64,000 nucleotides of DNA from Octopus vulgaris (lineage: Eukaryota). Below the pieces are notes generated by a model. The model was given only the letters and a program-made list of their open reading frames with translations, had not been told where the DNA came from and made no database searches. Both the position numbers and the translations under genes were made by a program. The stretch is taken from NCBI GenBank assembly GCA_951406725.2, contig OX597831.1, forward strand, positions 69,936,001-70,000,000, written 5' to 3'. Positions 11,571-23,303 of this stretch are shown piece after piece; the stretch's first letter is position 1; the number at the start of each line of letters is the position of its first letter.

Positions 11571-11793
11571 TACTCTTTTTTACTCTTTTACTCTTTTACT
11601 TGTTTCAGTCATTTGACTGCGGCCATGCTGGAGCACTGCCTTTAGTCGAGCAAATCGACCCCGGGACTTATTCTTTATGAGCCCAGTACTTATTCTATCA
11701 GTCTCTTTTGCCGAACCGCTAAGTGACGGGGACGTAAACACACCAGCATCGGTTGTCAAGCAATGCTAGGGGGACAAACACAGACACACAAAC

Positions 11794-11842
<49 letters not shown>

Positions 11843-12008
11843 TACGACAGGCTTCTTTCAGTTTCCGTCTACCAAATCCACTCACAAGGCATTGGTCGGC
11901 CCGGGGCCATAGCAGAAGACACTTGCCCAAGATGCCACGCAGTGGGACTGAACCCAGAACCATGTGGTTGGTTAGCAAGCTACTTACCACACAGCCACTC
12001 CTGCGCCT
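11571..12008 (-). mobile_element. tRNA-derived SINE family A (full length)
   Basis: A box TGGCTGTGTGG, B box GGTTCAGTCCC, cttgggcaagtgtctt segment, internal (TA)/(TG) tract and (gtaaaaga)n tail; more than 10 copies in window. Confidence 0.9.
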
Positions 12009-12289
12009 GGTTGTGATGATTCAGTTTGTTTGTTTTTTCCAGATTTAGTATATCTAGGTCTCCATTTCATCTTTTCTGGGTTTTTTTTTTTTAAGACAGT
12101 GGAAAAAGTGGGAGATCAAGCAGCTACTTCTAATTGGTTGAATAACAACATTGAAGCTTCTTTGTTAGCTCAATATTGTACAATTGTGCAATGCTGTGTT
12201 TCTCTATGTACTTCTGCAATACATAATAAATATTATAATAAAGAGATATAGCATGGGTAACAAAGGAAATTATACTGAATATTGATTTT

Positions 12290-12470
12290 AAAATTTGGCA
12301 CAATGCCAGCAATATTGGGGGAGAGGGTAAGTTGATTAGCTCAAACCTAGTGCTCTACTGGTTCTTATTTTATCAATCCCAAAAGGATGAAAGTCAAAGT
12401 CGACCTCAGCTAGCATTTGAACTAAGCATATTTTCTGATGTCCAAACAATTCTGCCAGCTCACCTCCTTA
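12290..12470 (-). mobile_element. SINE family B, diverged
   Basis: aaaggatgaaagtcaaagtcgacctc and ttctgccagctcacc motifs. Confidence 0.7.
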
Positions 12471-13102
12471 AAGAAATTGTTCTCATATTGAAAACCTGAT
12501 ACAAACACTTGCAACAGGAGTGGACACTAATTAAGTCCACTGGCTAAATCAAAATTATTGGGTCATAATCAATTATAAATGATAAACATAATAATAGTGT
12601 TGGTGACATACTCAGGGAAAAGATCATGGTGTTGCTCTCTTTGAAGATACCAGGACCAACTCCAAACAGTGCTGAAAGCCACTGGGCTTCAACCTAAATT
12701 GTTTGAAACACAAGCCTGAGACTGTACCAGAATCAGAACCAAAGTCTTTCAAGCCACCAGAAGAGAAAAGGAAGAAATGAAATGAAGGAAAAACAAGCTC
12801 AACAAAATCAACCTCGTTCTCCACCAACATTAACAAGCAGTGAATACCATTGACTTTTCTATGCAAGAATTGGTCTACAATGTCAGCAATGCCACCACCA
12901 CCACGACCACCACCATAAAGGAAGCATTAGGTAAAAACAAAAAAAAAACAACTGAATTCTCAGATACAAGATAAAGCTAATGATAATGTTGATACCTTGT
13001 ATTGTGAAGCAGAGTATCGTGGATAAAAATAGTGCAGTGTGTGTAGAGAAGACTATAAGATAGTAAAACATATATGGGGAAGAAAAATTGCTGGACATTA
13101 CA

Positions 13103-13498
13103 GCTGTGTGGTAAGTAGCTTTCTAACCAACCACATGGTTGCGGGTTCAGTCCCACTGCGTGGCACCTTGGGCAAGTGTCTTCTGCTATAGCCCCGGGCC
13201 GACCAATGCCTTGTGAGTGAATTTGGTAGACGGAAACTGAAAGAAGCCTGTCGTATATATGTATATATATATGTGTGTGTGTTTGTGTGTCTGTGTTTGT
13301 CCCCCTAGCATTGCTTGACAACCGATGCTGGTGTGTTTACGTCCCTGTCACTTAGTGGTTCGGCAAAAGAGGCCGATAGAATAAGTACTGGGCTTACAAA
13401 GAATAAGTCCTGGGGTCGATTTGCTCGACTAAAGGTGGTGCTCCAGCATGGCCGCAGTCAAATGACTGAAACAAGTAAAAGAGTAAAGAGTAAAAGAG
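13103..13498 (+). mobile_element. SINE family A
   Basis: Reverse complement of 11571-12008 at high identity. Confidence 0.9.
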
Positions 13499-13880
13499 AT
13501 CTAAGTTTAAACATTGTAGAGATTAGAAAATATGTAAAGATAGAAACCATGGAGAATTATAAAAATATATTAATCATGCATCCTAAGCAGTTCGCCCACA
13601 AAGTAGCCAAAAGAAGGACTCCTTATATTTATTGTTGCAGCCTCCTTCACAGGGAAAAACCTTGCATTTATAGACAACATGAATTTTCTCTAATTTTTCC
13701 TTTCCTTTTTGAGCAATTAATATCCAAGGAATACTTTGTGTTCTAATCAAGAAACTCAACACACAATAACCATGTGTGTATACTCATATATGTTATATAT
13801 GTATGCGTGCATAGATATATTAGAGAGTGGACAAACGAAAGAAGGGCACTCAACCAATTTATTGAGTGCTACATGTATGG

Positions 13881-14025
13881 ATCAAAACAGTTTGATTTAA
13901 ATTCGTTGGTACTCTTGAGTTTCAAGCACGATGCTAGTTGCCAGCCATCTTGAATTAATGGCTGATGTCTAGCATTATGCTTGAAACTCAAGAGTACCAA
14001 TGAATTTGAATCAAAATGCTTTGAT
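13881..14025. repeat. Diverged inverted repeat (~68-bp arms)
   Basis: ttggtactcttgagtttcaagca pairs with tgcttgaaactcaagagtaccaa; inner cagccat/atggctg. Confidence 0.85.
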
Positions 14026-14026
14026 T

Positions 14027-14090
<64 letters not shown>

Positions 14091-14125
14091 AATTAAATTA
14101 GAGATAAAACCACTATTAGGCAAAT

Positions 14126-14174
<49 letters not shown>

Positions 14175-15000
14175 GTATATATATACACTTGTATACCATA
14201 AAAAATCCATGTAATTTGCGCACCTGTGTAATTTACGTAGGTGATTTTTGGGATAAAATTTGTTAGAAATGCTTCTACTCATGTAAAATTCACACCCAAA
14301 TGTTTTTTGAATTTCTGATATGGCCAGGAGAAAAGGTTTTCAAATTAGTTGTATTTAGCATAATTTTACTTAAATCTTATTAGATTTTATTGAAGTATTA
14401 TTAAATAAAATTAATTCTGTTTAACAGGTATTACATTAAATTACAAAGTGTTTGCGTTGCTTATAATAATACCAGCTGGCCCCATGCCATAAAAAATGAC
14501 GGCTAATTGTAGTATTTCATATTTAAACATGGATAGTAAATCAAATTAATTCATTTGTTATCTCGTTTGTTTGGCTATGCACAATTTACAATGCTTGGTC
14601 CCATTTATGTAGAGGCCTAGATTTTGTAGAATTTTCCATAATATTAAGTGTGGAGATCCATTGACTTTCAGCTACTATGCATGGCTGACTAAGGATGTTG
14701 ACACTGCTGCTACCATTGTTGTTAGTACTGATGCCATTGGTGTCGGTGTTAGCATCGTTAAAGCTGGTGTTGGCATTGTTGATATAGAGTAACGAAGTCT
14801 TTTCCTCCTCTCTTTTCTAGAGGGGCCACTTGCCAGAGAGGCCATAGGCCAACAGGTTTAAGGGTCTGAAAAAACACTGTAAGGCTAAGCACTTTATGGA
14901 TGTGAAACCCAGTGTAATCCTACAGACTGACCTTATCTATCTTTATATATATATATATATATATATATTAATTTAAAAGCAGTAGAAAATATAACAAAAG

Positions 15001-15038
15001 CTGTTACTCAGAGTTTCACGTTCCCATTCATCGGACAG
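15001..15038 (-). ncRNA. Minimal hammerhead-like motif (CCGAUGA core variant)
   Basis: Reverse complement reads ctgt-CCGATGA-atg-ggaa-cgt-GAAA-ctctgag-TA-acag. Confidence 0.6.
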
Positions 15039-15130
15039 TTTTGTTAAACTTTAAATAAAGCATATTACTCTAACTCTGGTAGTTGAGTACTCTTTTCTCG
15101 ACCTTGTTTCACATTTATGTGCTTACTCCA

Positions 15131-15190
<60 letters not shown>

Positions 15191-15851
15191 ATATATATAT
15201 ATATGAACTAAAAGTTAAAGCATATTGAATATATGAAAATGAAATGCAGATGAATTAAATATAAATGAGAATAAAATGATTAACATTATTCAATGTAGTA
15301 AGTCAGTAGAATATGGAAAAAAATGTAGTATTGAAAATAATGTATAAGAAACAAAATGTAAGCATAAAGATACCTAAAAAAAATGTATTTTATAGAGAGA
15401 CTCATTATACATAAGGATAGATATAATGAAAGTTATATTCCCCAGTGATAAAATGTGCACTCATACACATTATATACTTTCCCAATTAGAAATAGTGGTG
15501 AATGCAAATTACTATTGAACTACAAGGCTAGACACATAAAACTAATATATACTATTAGATCACATTAATATATTAATTTGGTTGAAAGTGTATATATATA
15601 TATATATATATATACATATATATATGTTGATGTTTTTTCTTGTAACGAGTTAATGCTATATACAATGCCTAAATTATTGTGGATCATGCCATAACAGCAT
15701 GGTATGTAATATTTTTACATCAAAAGATAAGAAAAAAGAGAAATCAATGGTATAAAACAGAATATTGAAAACTATGAAACAAGAAAGAAGTAAGGAACTT
15801 AGAAAAATCATAAGTAACACTTGATATATGAACTTGGAATTATAATATGTA

Positions 15852-15884
<33 letters not shown>

Positions 15885-15908
15885 GTATACATACATATAT
15901 ATATGTAA

Positions 15909-15962
<54 letters not shown>

Positions 15963-16218
15963 TTGTATATATATATATACATATGTATATATATATATAT
16001 TTGTATATATATATATATCGAAGGTATGAGAGGTATTGGTGTCAGGTAATTCTGAGTAAGTGTTATGGTCAGACTATAGTTAAGCTCCAGGTTCGATAAC
16101 GATATGAAAGAGGAGTCCAACGGAGGTGTGTATTAGCACACACATATATAAAAAATTAACAAAATGAGATAAAAAATCCAAGGCTGTGAATAGTTTTGAG
16201 AACATTCATAAAGAGAAG

Positions 16219-16266
16219 GTCTTACAGCTGTTTCTGGGATATTTTATAAATCCCGTCATCAGAAAT
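16219..16266 (-). ncRNA. Minimal hammerhead candidate with palindromic stem III
   Basis: Reverse complement reads ttt-CTGATGA-cgggat..atccca-GAAA-cagctg-TA-aga; stem III ACAGCTGT is a perfect palindrome. Confidence 0.6.
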
Positions 16267-16574
16267 GGAGCGAGAAAATGTTTAAGTAATAGTTATTATA
16301 GAGAAGATATGAAATACAGAGTGAAGTGGAGGAATGAATATAGACATGAGATACATAAGGATATTGTATTTGAAGTTCCATTATTTAACCAGAATAGTGT
16401 ACCTTGTGTATATATAAGTTTCCTGTACCTTGTGTATATCTATAAATATATCATGTTATCTTGTGAACTTAATCTCATATGTACAGATGATAACCAGATG
16501 GGGCCAAATCAGGAGAATAGGGACAATGATCAACCAACCAGTTCAGTCACAGTCATGTACAGCAGTCATTGAAA

Positions 16575-17105
16575 CCAAGGCCTTGTGCACTGGAACGTTG
16601 TCTTGATGTCAATGCTCCAATCATCAAATGAAAGAAATAACCTTTCATCAGTTTTCCTGGGTTATTTCCTCTTGATAGCCTTTTGTAACTGCTTCAGAAA
16701 GTCGACATAAGGCTCTCCATTGATGGTGCCTTCTACATCCTAAAAAGAAATGAAGCCATCACCTTCCCTACAAATGAAACAATCTTGGCCTTCTTTGGAA
16801 CAGATGAGGAATGATGTTTCAACTGCATGGATTGTCTTTTTGTCTCTGGTTCAAAGTGATGAATCCAACAAACCTCCTGGCATAAAAAAAAAGCATTCAA
16901 GGAAACCAGCTGGATCTGCCTCAAATAATGTCAGATTTTCCCTTGATGTGATCAGCCTGGTGAGCTTTTGATTTTGTGTTAGAAACTGTGGCACCCACTG
17001 AGCATAAACTTGTGTCATGCCAAATTCATTGTGCAGAATATTCTCAGCTCTGTCGCAGGATATGGTAATAGCATTGGCTAATTGATGTAGTTGTCATATC
17101 AGCAT
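16575..17105 (-). mobile_element. Tc1/mariner transposase remnant
   Basis: WVPQFLT, CWIHHFEPETKRQSMQ and KVMASF motifs; stops and frameshifts. Confidence 0.85.
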
Positions 17106-17253
17106 GAATGTCTTTGGAGGCTGAACTCTTTCTTTTTGCAGGTTCTTGATGTTATCCACGATACCAAATTCTGTTCATTTTTAAGAAAGTCGCTATTGTT
17201 GCTTTTGAAGCCTTCTTTGAACAATCAGATCTCATTATATGTGGAAAGAAGCA

Positions 17254-17615
17254 ATCATCATCATCATCATTATCCTCGTTTAACGTCCACTTTCCATGCT
17301 GGCATGGGTTGGACGGTTCAACTGGGGTCTGTGAAGCCAGAAGGCTGCATCAGGCCCAGTCTGATCTGGCAGTGTTTCTACAGCTGGATGCCCTTCCTAA
17401 TGCCAACCACTCCGTGAGTGTAGTGGGTGCTTTTTACATGCCACCGGCACAGGTACCAGACGAGGTTGGCAACAGCCATGATTGGATGGTGCTTTTTATG
17501 TACCAGACGAGGCTGGCAACAGCCACAATTGGATGGTGCTTTTTACGTGCCACCGGCACGGAGGCCAGACAGGGCTGGCAACGGCCACAATCGGATGGTG
17601 CTTTTTACGTGCCAA
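17254..17615 (-). mobile_element. RTE 3'UTR fragment with internal tandem units
   Basis: Same family as 3533-4188. Confidence 0.8.
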
Positions 17616-17980
17616 TGCGGTTAGTAATAAGAAAAGGGGAAATTAATGCTTGGAATATTCTTTTATGTCTTCGGCATCACTCCTTCATAGTCCGCCTATG
17701 AGCTTTTCAGCCCATTTGCATATGATGCTTCATTTCATTGCTTGCTGTTATGTTTGTCTTGTGCCATAATGTTATAAATAGCAAACAATGGGCTTAAAGA
17801 TTTCCTTTCTCTCCACTGATAATATGATGACACATGACATACTTGCTCTAATGTTTTTATAGCTATTTGATTTAATGCCTATATCTGTGTTATTCACTAG
17901 AATATTTCAAGGTGTAACAGCATGCATATTTAAGTGTGTATCTACATACATACGTACATATATATATATATTTATATATG

Positions 17981-18190
17981 AGGTGAGCTGGGAGAAACGT
18001 TAGCATGCCAGGCAAAATGCTTAGCAGTATTTCGTCTGTCTTTACGTTCTGAGTTCAAATTCCACCGAGGTCGACTTTGCCTTTCATCCTTTTGGGGTTG
18101 ATAAATTAGGTACCAGTTGCATACTGGGTCGATCTAATCGATTGGCCCCCTCCCCCAAAATTTCAGGCATTGTGCCTAGAGAAGAAAAGA
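17981..18190 (+). mobile_element. SINE family B
   Basis: gagttcaaattccaccgaggtcgactttgcctttcatcc. Confidence 0.8.
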
Positions 18191-18464
18191 AATATATATA
18201 TAGATTACTGTTCTGTTAAGGTAGGATTAACAAAAAAGTACTCCATCAAGTGAGAGATAAATATCATTTAATGTTCACTGTTATAGTTTTCAAATAGAAC
18301 AAGCTATGTGCTCAGAGCCCGAAGATTGCTTGGAGACACAAGGCACATTATAGCAATAGGACTAACCACATGTCACAATGACAAGAAATTATTAGTAGCC
18401 TTTATTTTGGTACATTGTACATTAAATGATATATCTATATATATATATATAATATATATATCTT

Positions 18465-18702
18465 TTTTTATTCTTTTACTTATTTCAGTCATTTGACTGC
18501 AGCCATGCTGGGGTACTGCTTTGAAGGGTTTTAGTTTAACAAATCGATACCAGGACTTTTTTAAAGCCTAATACTTATTCTATCATTCTCTTTTTGTTGA
18601 ACCACTAAGTTACAGGCACCTAAACACCAACACTGGTTGTTAAGCAGTGATGGGAGGACAAACATAGACACATAGGCACACACATAGATACATACATAGA
18701 TA

Positions 18703-18775
<73 letters not shown>

Positions 18776-18933
18776 TGGTATTCCTTTATTTTCCATTTAC
18801 CAGATACACCTCATAAGGCTTTGGTCAACCTGAGGTTATAGTTGAAGACACTTTCCCAAGATGCCAGGCAGTGAGACTGAACTCAGAATTGTGTGGCTGT
18901 GAAGCAAGCTTCTTACCATACAACCATGCCTGT
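18465..18933 (-). mobile_element. SINE family A, diverged, with expanded internal (TA)n
   Basis: ttcagtcatttgactgcagccatgctg ... cccaagatgcc..cagtgagactgaac. Confidence 0.75.
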
Positions 18934-19008
18934 GCCAAAATATGTGTGTGTGTGTATGTATATACATATCTATCTATCTATCTATGTATCTATATATCTA
19001 TCTATCTA

Positions 19009-19044
<36 letters not shown>

Positions 19045-19199
19045 TGTATGTATGTATGTATGTATGTATGTATGTATGTATGTATGTATGTATGTATATA
19101 TGAATATACACTCACAAACTGAAAGACTCCCCTATATATGTTTATATAAAAGTGGAAAGAGAAGAGGAAAGCCACATAGGCAGAAAGATAGATTAATAG

Positions 19200-19760
19200 A
19201 ACGCTGGTGATATGACCAACAATTGAAGATGCAGGCGATTGAGGAGGGAATTTATTGAAGAGACCCATCCATCTCTGACTAATCTATAGAAAATCATCAA
19301 TGAATGACAGCAATGACAAATGATGATGATGGGGATTTCTAGTTGCATATGAAGTTCTGTAGAACTACTCTGGTTATTGATCCTCTTACTAGAAACATAG
19401 ATGTCTTGAAGGAAGGAATACATATTTCTTCGGATTTGGTTGTTTGTATTTTTTTCTCTTTTTCTTTGTTGTTTTGTCAGGATACTTTGAAAATGTTTCA
19501 TATAATCAAAGAACATGTACATTCAAATATTATCTGCTTTGATTCTTTCAGCCAAGAATTTATTAATATTTCTTCCATTATTCTGTTTTATGTCATAGGA
19601 TATCTGATCAAGCTTTGGTTTCAACTGATTCTTTGCTTTCACGCTTTTGGGTATTCACATGTGCTTGTATATTAGTATTGAGTGATGTATTGCTTTGAGG
19701 AAGATTTGCATATAAAAGCTGAGTACGATGTGGATTGTAGGACAGGATAGGTGGTGGTGG
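19200..19760 (-). pseudogene. Possible decayed PLE GIY-YIG region
   Basis: Fragmentary QNFICN / IIICHCCHS..FY / SQ..GLFNKF resembling FTCxSxNxIYxIxCxxC..YIGQT..L..RF; multiple frameshifts. Confidence 0.4.
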
Positions 19761-20905
19761 TGGATAGTGTAAATGGTTGTGAAGGTTGGTGGGTGTTGGG
19801 GCTGCTTCTAGTTTCACCAAACAGAAAATATTTCAAGTAGAAATACATCATTAAATAATGGGAAAGAATGCTCTAATCTCTATAAAGAAATAACTTCTCA
19901 TCTTTTGACAGATTCTTAGATCAGTAGTAAACAGACACATCGAAATTGCAGAATATATGATGAAATGTATAAAATATGAAAATATTGTTAGAATTTCAGA
20001 TGAATGGAGAAAGGTATTAAAACAATCAGAAAAGGAGGAAAGATTTGGTTACTTACCAAAATGACAAAGTGAAGAATTTGGTGACTGATTTTATTTTGAA
20101 GATGTGATACACAACTCCACCAAGAGAGAATATTTTTAAAATCCTCCTCTAGAATCCAAAATTATTTTTACAGATACTCTCTTGGATTTTTCAATTATCA
20201 CTTCTGAGGTTTCTTTCTTTCTGTCTGTCTTTTTTTTTCTTTCTTTCTTTCTTTTTTGTTTGCTGGTTTGAATTGAAGTTAGCTAAATACAAAATATATT
20301 ATCATCATGGAATTGTTTTCAGCCAAGAAGAAGGATATCTACATGCATGAGAATACCTGTATAATGAGTTAAATTTGAAACAGACAACTGAAGAGTATAT
20401 AGTATAACATGTGATAACTTAACATTTACTCAAAGACTAAAATGACATGAGATTTGGAATCTCCTTTGAATTCTCTTGAATCCTTTTAAGTTTATGAAGT
20501 CTGCATTGATTATGCTGTCTTCCCAGTGGTTACACTGGTGAGAAGCACTAGTATGTAGCACTAGTTATAAAAAAACTGAGAATATAGGAGTTAATTGTCT
20601 TGTCTAATGAATTGGAAAATACCAGAAATTCAACACCTTAGTTAATAACTTGACACTTTAATAGCTTAGATAATTGCATTTCTTTACTGTGAAATACTGA
20701 AATTAACTAGGTTTCAATAAAGATGATATATGGCTTGAGGACTACGTTATGCTTTGTCATTTTGTACGTCATAGTATTATTTCCATGATAAGTTATTAGA
20801 AAAATGTTACAACTCACTATACAAAGACCAAATAAATCAGAAAACTTTGGAAGTTTAAATTAAAAATAGAGCTTTAAGTGGATAATTGGGAAATTTTTAA
20901 ACATA

Positions 20906-21301
20906 TCTTTATATATAAAAGTAAGGTTGTGTGCTGTCTGTCTCCTACGATTTAGATTCCTAACTACTCCCACATTTTGCGGTGCACTTTAACCAAAACC
21001 GGGTATCTTATAGTCGTGATTCATATCGAGCCCTTCTGGGTATTAGCGCGCGTCTACGATGAGTCTACGATTTTAAAAAGAATTTACCATCAATTTTTTC
21101 CATTTTTAATGCATTTTTGGCATATATAAGGGAAGTAACTCTCTAAAAATTTATTATTAAATCTCAGAACGTAAAAAGCTACAGTAACACTCCCCCTTTG
21201 TGGTTAGCCATATTGAGATGGCTATTATACTTTACATCTCTAAAAATGCTTATATAGTTATTTCCCTTACAAACCCGAGCAACGCCGGGCGATACTGCTA
21301 G
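20906..21301 (+). mobile_element. Non-autonomous Helitron
   Basis: A|TC start (tctttatatataaaag), subterminal hairpin cccgagcaacgccggg, CTAG|T end, no TSD. Confidence 0.85.
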
Positions 21302-21514
21302 TATACAATAACGTAAAAATGAGTAAATACACATGCATGGCTACGTGGTTCAGAAGCTCACTTTGCAACTATGTGATCTTGCATTCAGTACAACTGTGCA
21401 GCACATTGAGCAAGTGTCATGTACTCTGGTCTCTGACTGGCCAATGCCTTGTGAGTAAATTTGGTGGACATATATATAAGTTGTTTTCTGTTTCTCCATT
21501 TCTACCTTACCATA

Positions 21515-22018
21515 TCGATCTAGTATGAAAAGAGTGTTATCCTTATTTTGGGAAACCAGGATATGATTTTGGATAGGATGTATACTCCGCCTAGATCTGT
21601 GACTTGTTCTAAGTTACTGTATCCCATTGCTATATCAAAGAAATCTATCCAATCGGATCTACTCCAAAGTTTGCCATCAAAATCTACTATAGTTCTTCAC
21701 AAGGCTAATATAATTTTTGTCTCTTATCTAGACCAATCCAAATTTCACTTAGCATAACTTAAGGCTTTATTTAGAAGAATAGGATTAATAGTGGAATAAT
21801 AGCTAGCTATGCCTAGTCATATAAATTTACAACTTTTATTTATCTCTAGCTCCATAAGCCACCCAGTTTCCTCTTGAGTGTCAGACCACAGTCCCAGTCT
21901 GATTTAAGATTTAAGATATTGGTATTACCCTATCAATTACACTTTTGCTAATCTTACCCATAAGTGATTTGGAGGGGTATATCAGTCTAACTTTGAGGTC
22001 ACTATCAAAATTTTGCAT
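21515..22018 (-). pseudogene. Penelope-like element reverse transcriptase remnant
   Basis: Manual translation: KVRLIYPSKSLMGKISKSVIDRV, LLNKALSYAK and FDIAMGYSNLEQVTDLGGVYILSK, matching PLE RT motifs RLINPAKSELGKISK and FDVTMGSYDGAEVCELVG. Confidence 0.75.
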
Positions 22019-22035
22019 GGAAAAAGGCAGGTGGT

Positions 22036-22347
22036 TTGCATGCTAACTACCTATGTTCCTTCCAGTACATTGACAAAAGTAAAGCCACTAAGTTTACTAA
22101 CCATGTATGGGCTTTGAAGACCAAATCCACACTACATACAATCAAGTGGAAAATTGTTGAAAAACCCATGCCATGTTTTAATGGATTTAAGAAATTCAAC
22201 TTATGCAAAGCTAAAAGACCACATTTCGTTTTTAGATTTAAGAGGTCAACCACACTGCTGAATTCCAGATCAGAAATTTTCAGCAAATGCAAATATGGAC
22301 AAATTTCTTTTGGCGAATTAGCAGACACCTTCCTCTCCACTGATTAA
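22036..22347 (+). pseudogene. Penelope-like element GIY-YIG C-terminal remnant
   Basis: ORF with ATKFTNHVWALK, IKWKIVEK, KKFNLCKAK and LLNSRSEIFSKCK. Confidence 0.8.
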
Positions 22348-22677
22348 TTCTACAACAACTAACTTTATTATGGATTTATGGTCAAAAGGGACGTAACTCT
22401 AATTGTATTTTTCTGGGGTCTTTTTCACCCTTCCAATTTTTTAATCCACCTTCTGGTTTTTACTCATGATTTCTATTATTCTAACGTCCTGATTTGTAAA
22501 TTGTATAGGTCATATGTTCAGAGCTTGAAGATTGCTTGGAGACACAAGACATGCTATTAAAACTTGCTTAGACTACATCTCCAATGCATAAAACTATTCA
22601 TAGCTTGTAATTGTTATACTGTGAACACTAAATATATACGTGTGTGCATGTATATATGTATAAAAATATATATTTTA

Positions 22678-22713
22678 TGTCCGACGAACGGGAACGTGAA
22701 ACTCAGAGTAACA
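22678..22713 (+). ncRNA. Minimal hammerhead-like motif (CCGACGA core variant)
   Basis: tgt-CCGACGA-acg-ggaa-cgt-GAAA-ctcagag-TA-aca; same family as 15001 and 2257. Confidence 0.6.
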
Positions 22714-22816
22714 GGTTTTGTTGAATTTTCTGCTGCTTTAAATAAAGCATATTACTCTATCACTGGTATTTGAGTACTCTTTTTTCCACCTTGTTTCACA
22801 TTTATGTGTTTACTCC

Positions 22817-22868
<52 letters not shown>

Positions 22869-23251
22869 CACACATATATATATAAATACATACATGCATA
22901 TATACATATATATATATATATAAAGTGATGACTTTTTGCCAATAAATGGGGCAATCTCAGGATGGGATAAATGTTACTGTTATTTAGCCCCAAGGAACAT
23001 CGTTTCTAGGTGGCTATATGACTCAAAAGCTCTATGTTTTTTTGTTTTCGATGAGGGGGGATTACCACCTTCACCTAGCACAATCTAGCATCCATAGACT
23101 AGTATCAGAGTTATTGCCTTTTATCAGCATGGAGTAGCTTGTCTTGCTAGATGTTGATGCTAATCCTCTGTCAAAAGCATACAATTCAGAGTGACAAATA
23201 GTCACTGATCTACAAAAATGTATACATCTCTTTGAGAGATTTAGAAATATA

Positions 23252-23303
<52 letters not shown>

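Noticed and set aside
14862-14920. Hammerhead-like motif gggt-CTGAAAA..GAAA..GTA-atcc (similar cases at ~23355-23455, ~34547-34579 and ~22528-22575)
   Set aside because: Core or stem substitutions are too many to call from sequence alone; may be dead family members
19912-20460. Coding-looking frames (ILRSVVNRHIEIAEY.., SQEEGYLH..); similar at ~25193-25452, 37480-37680 and 60387-60498
   Set aside because: In-frame stops, no recognisable domain and no consistent exon chain
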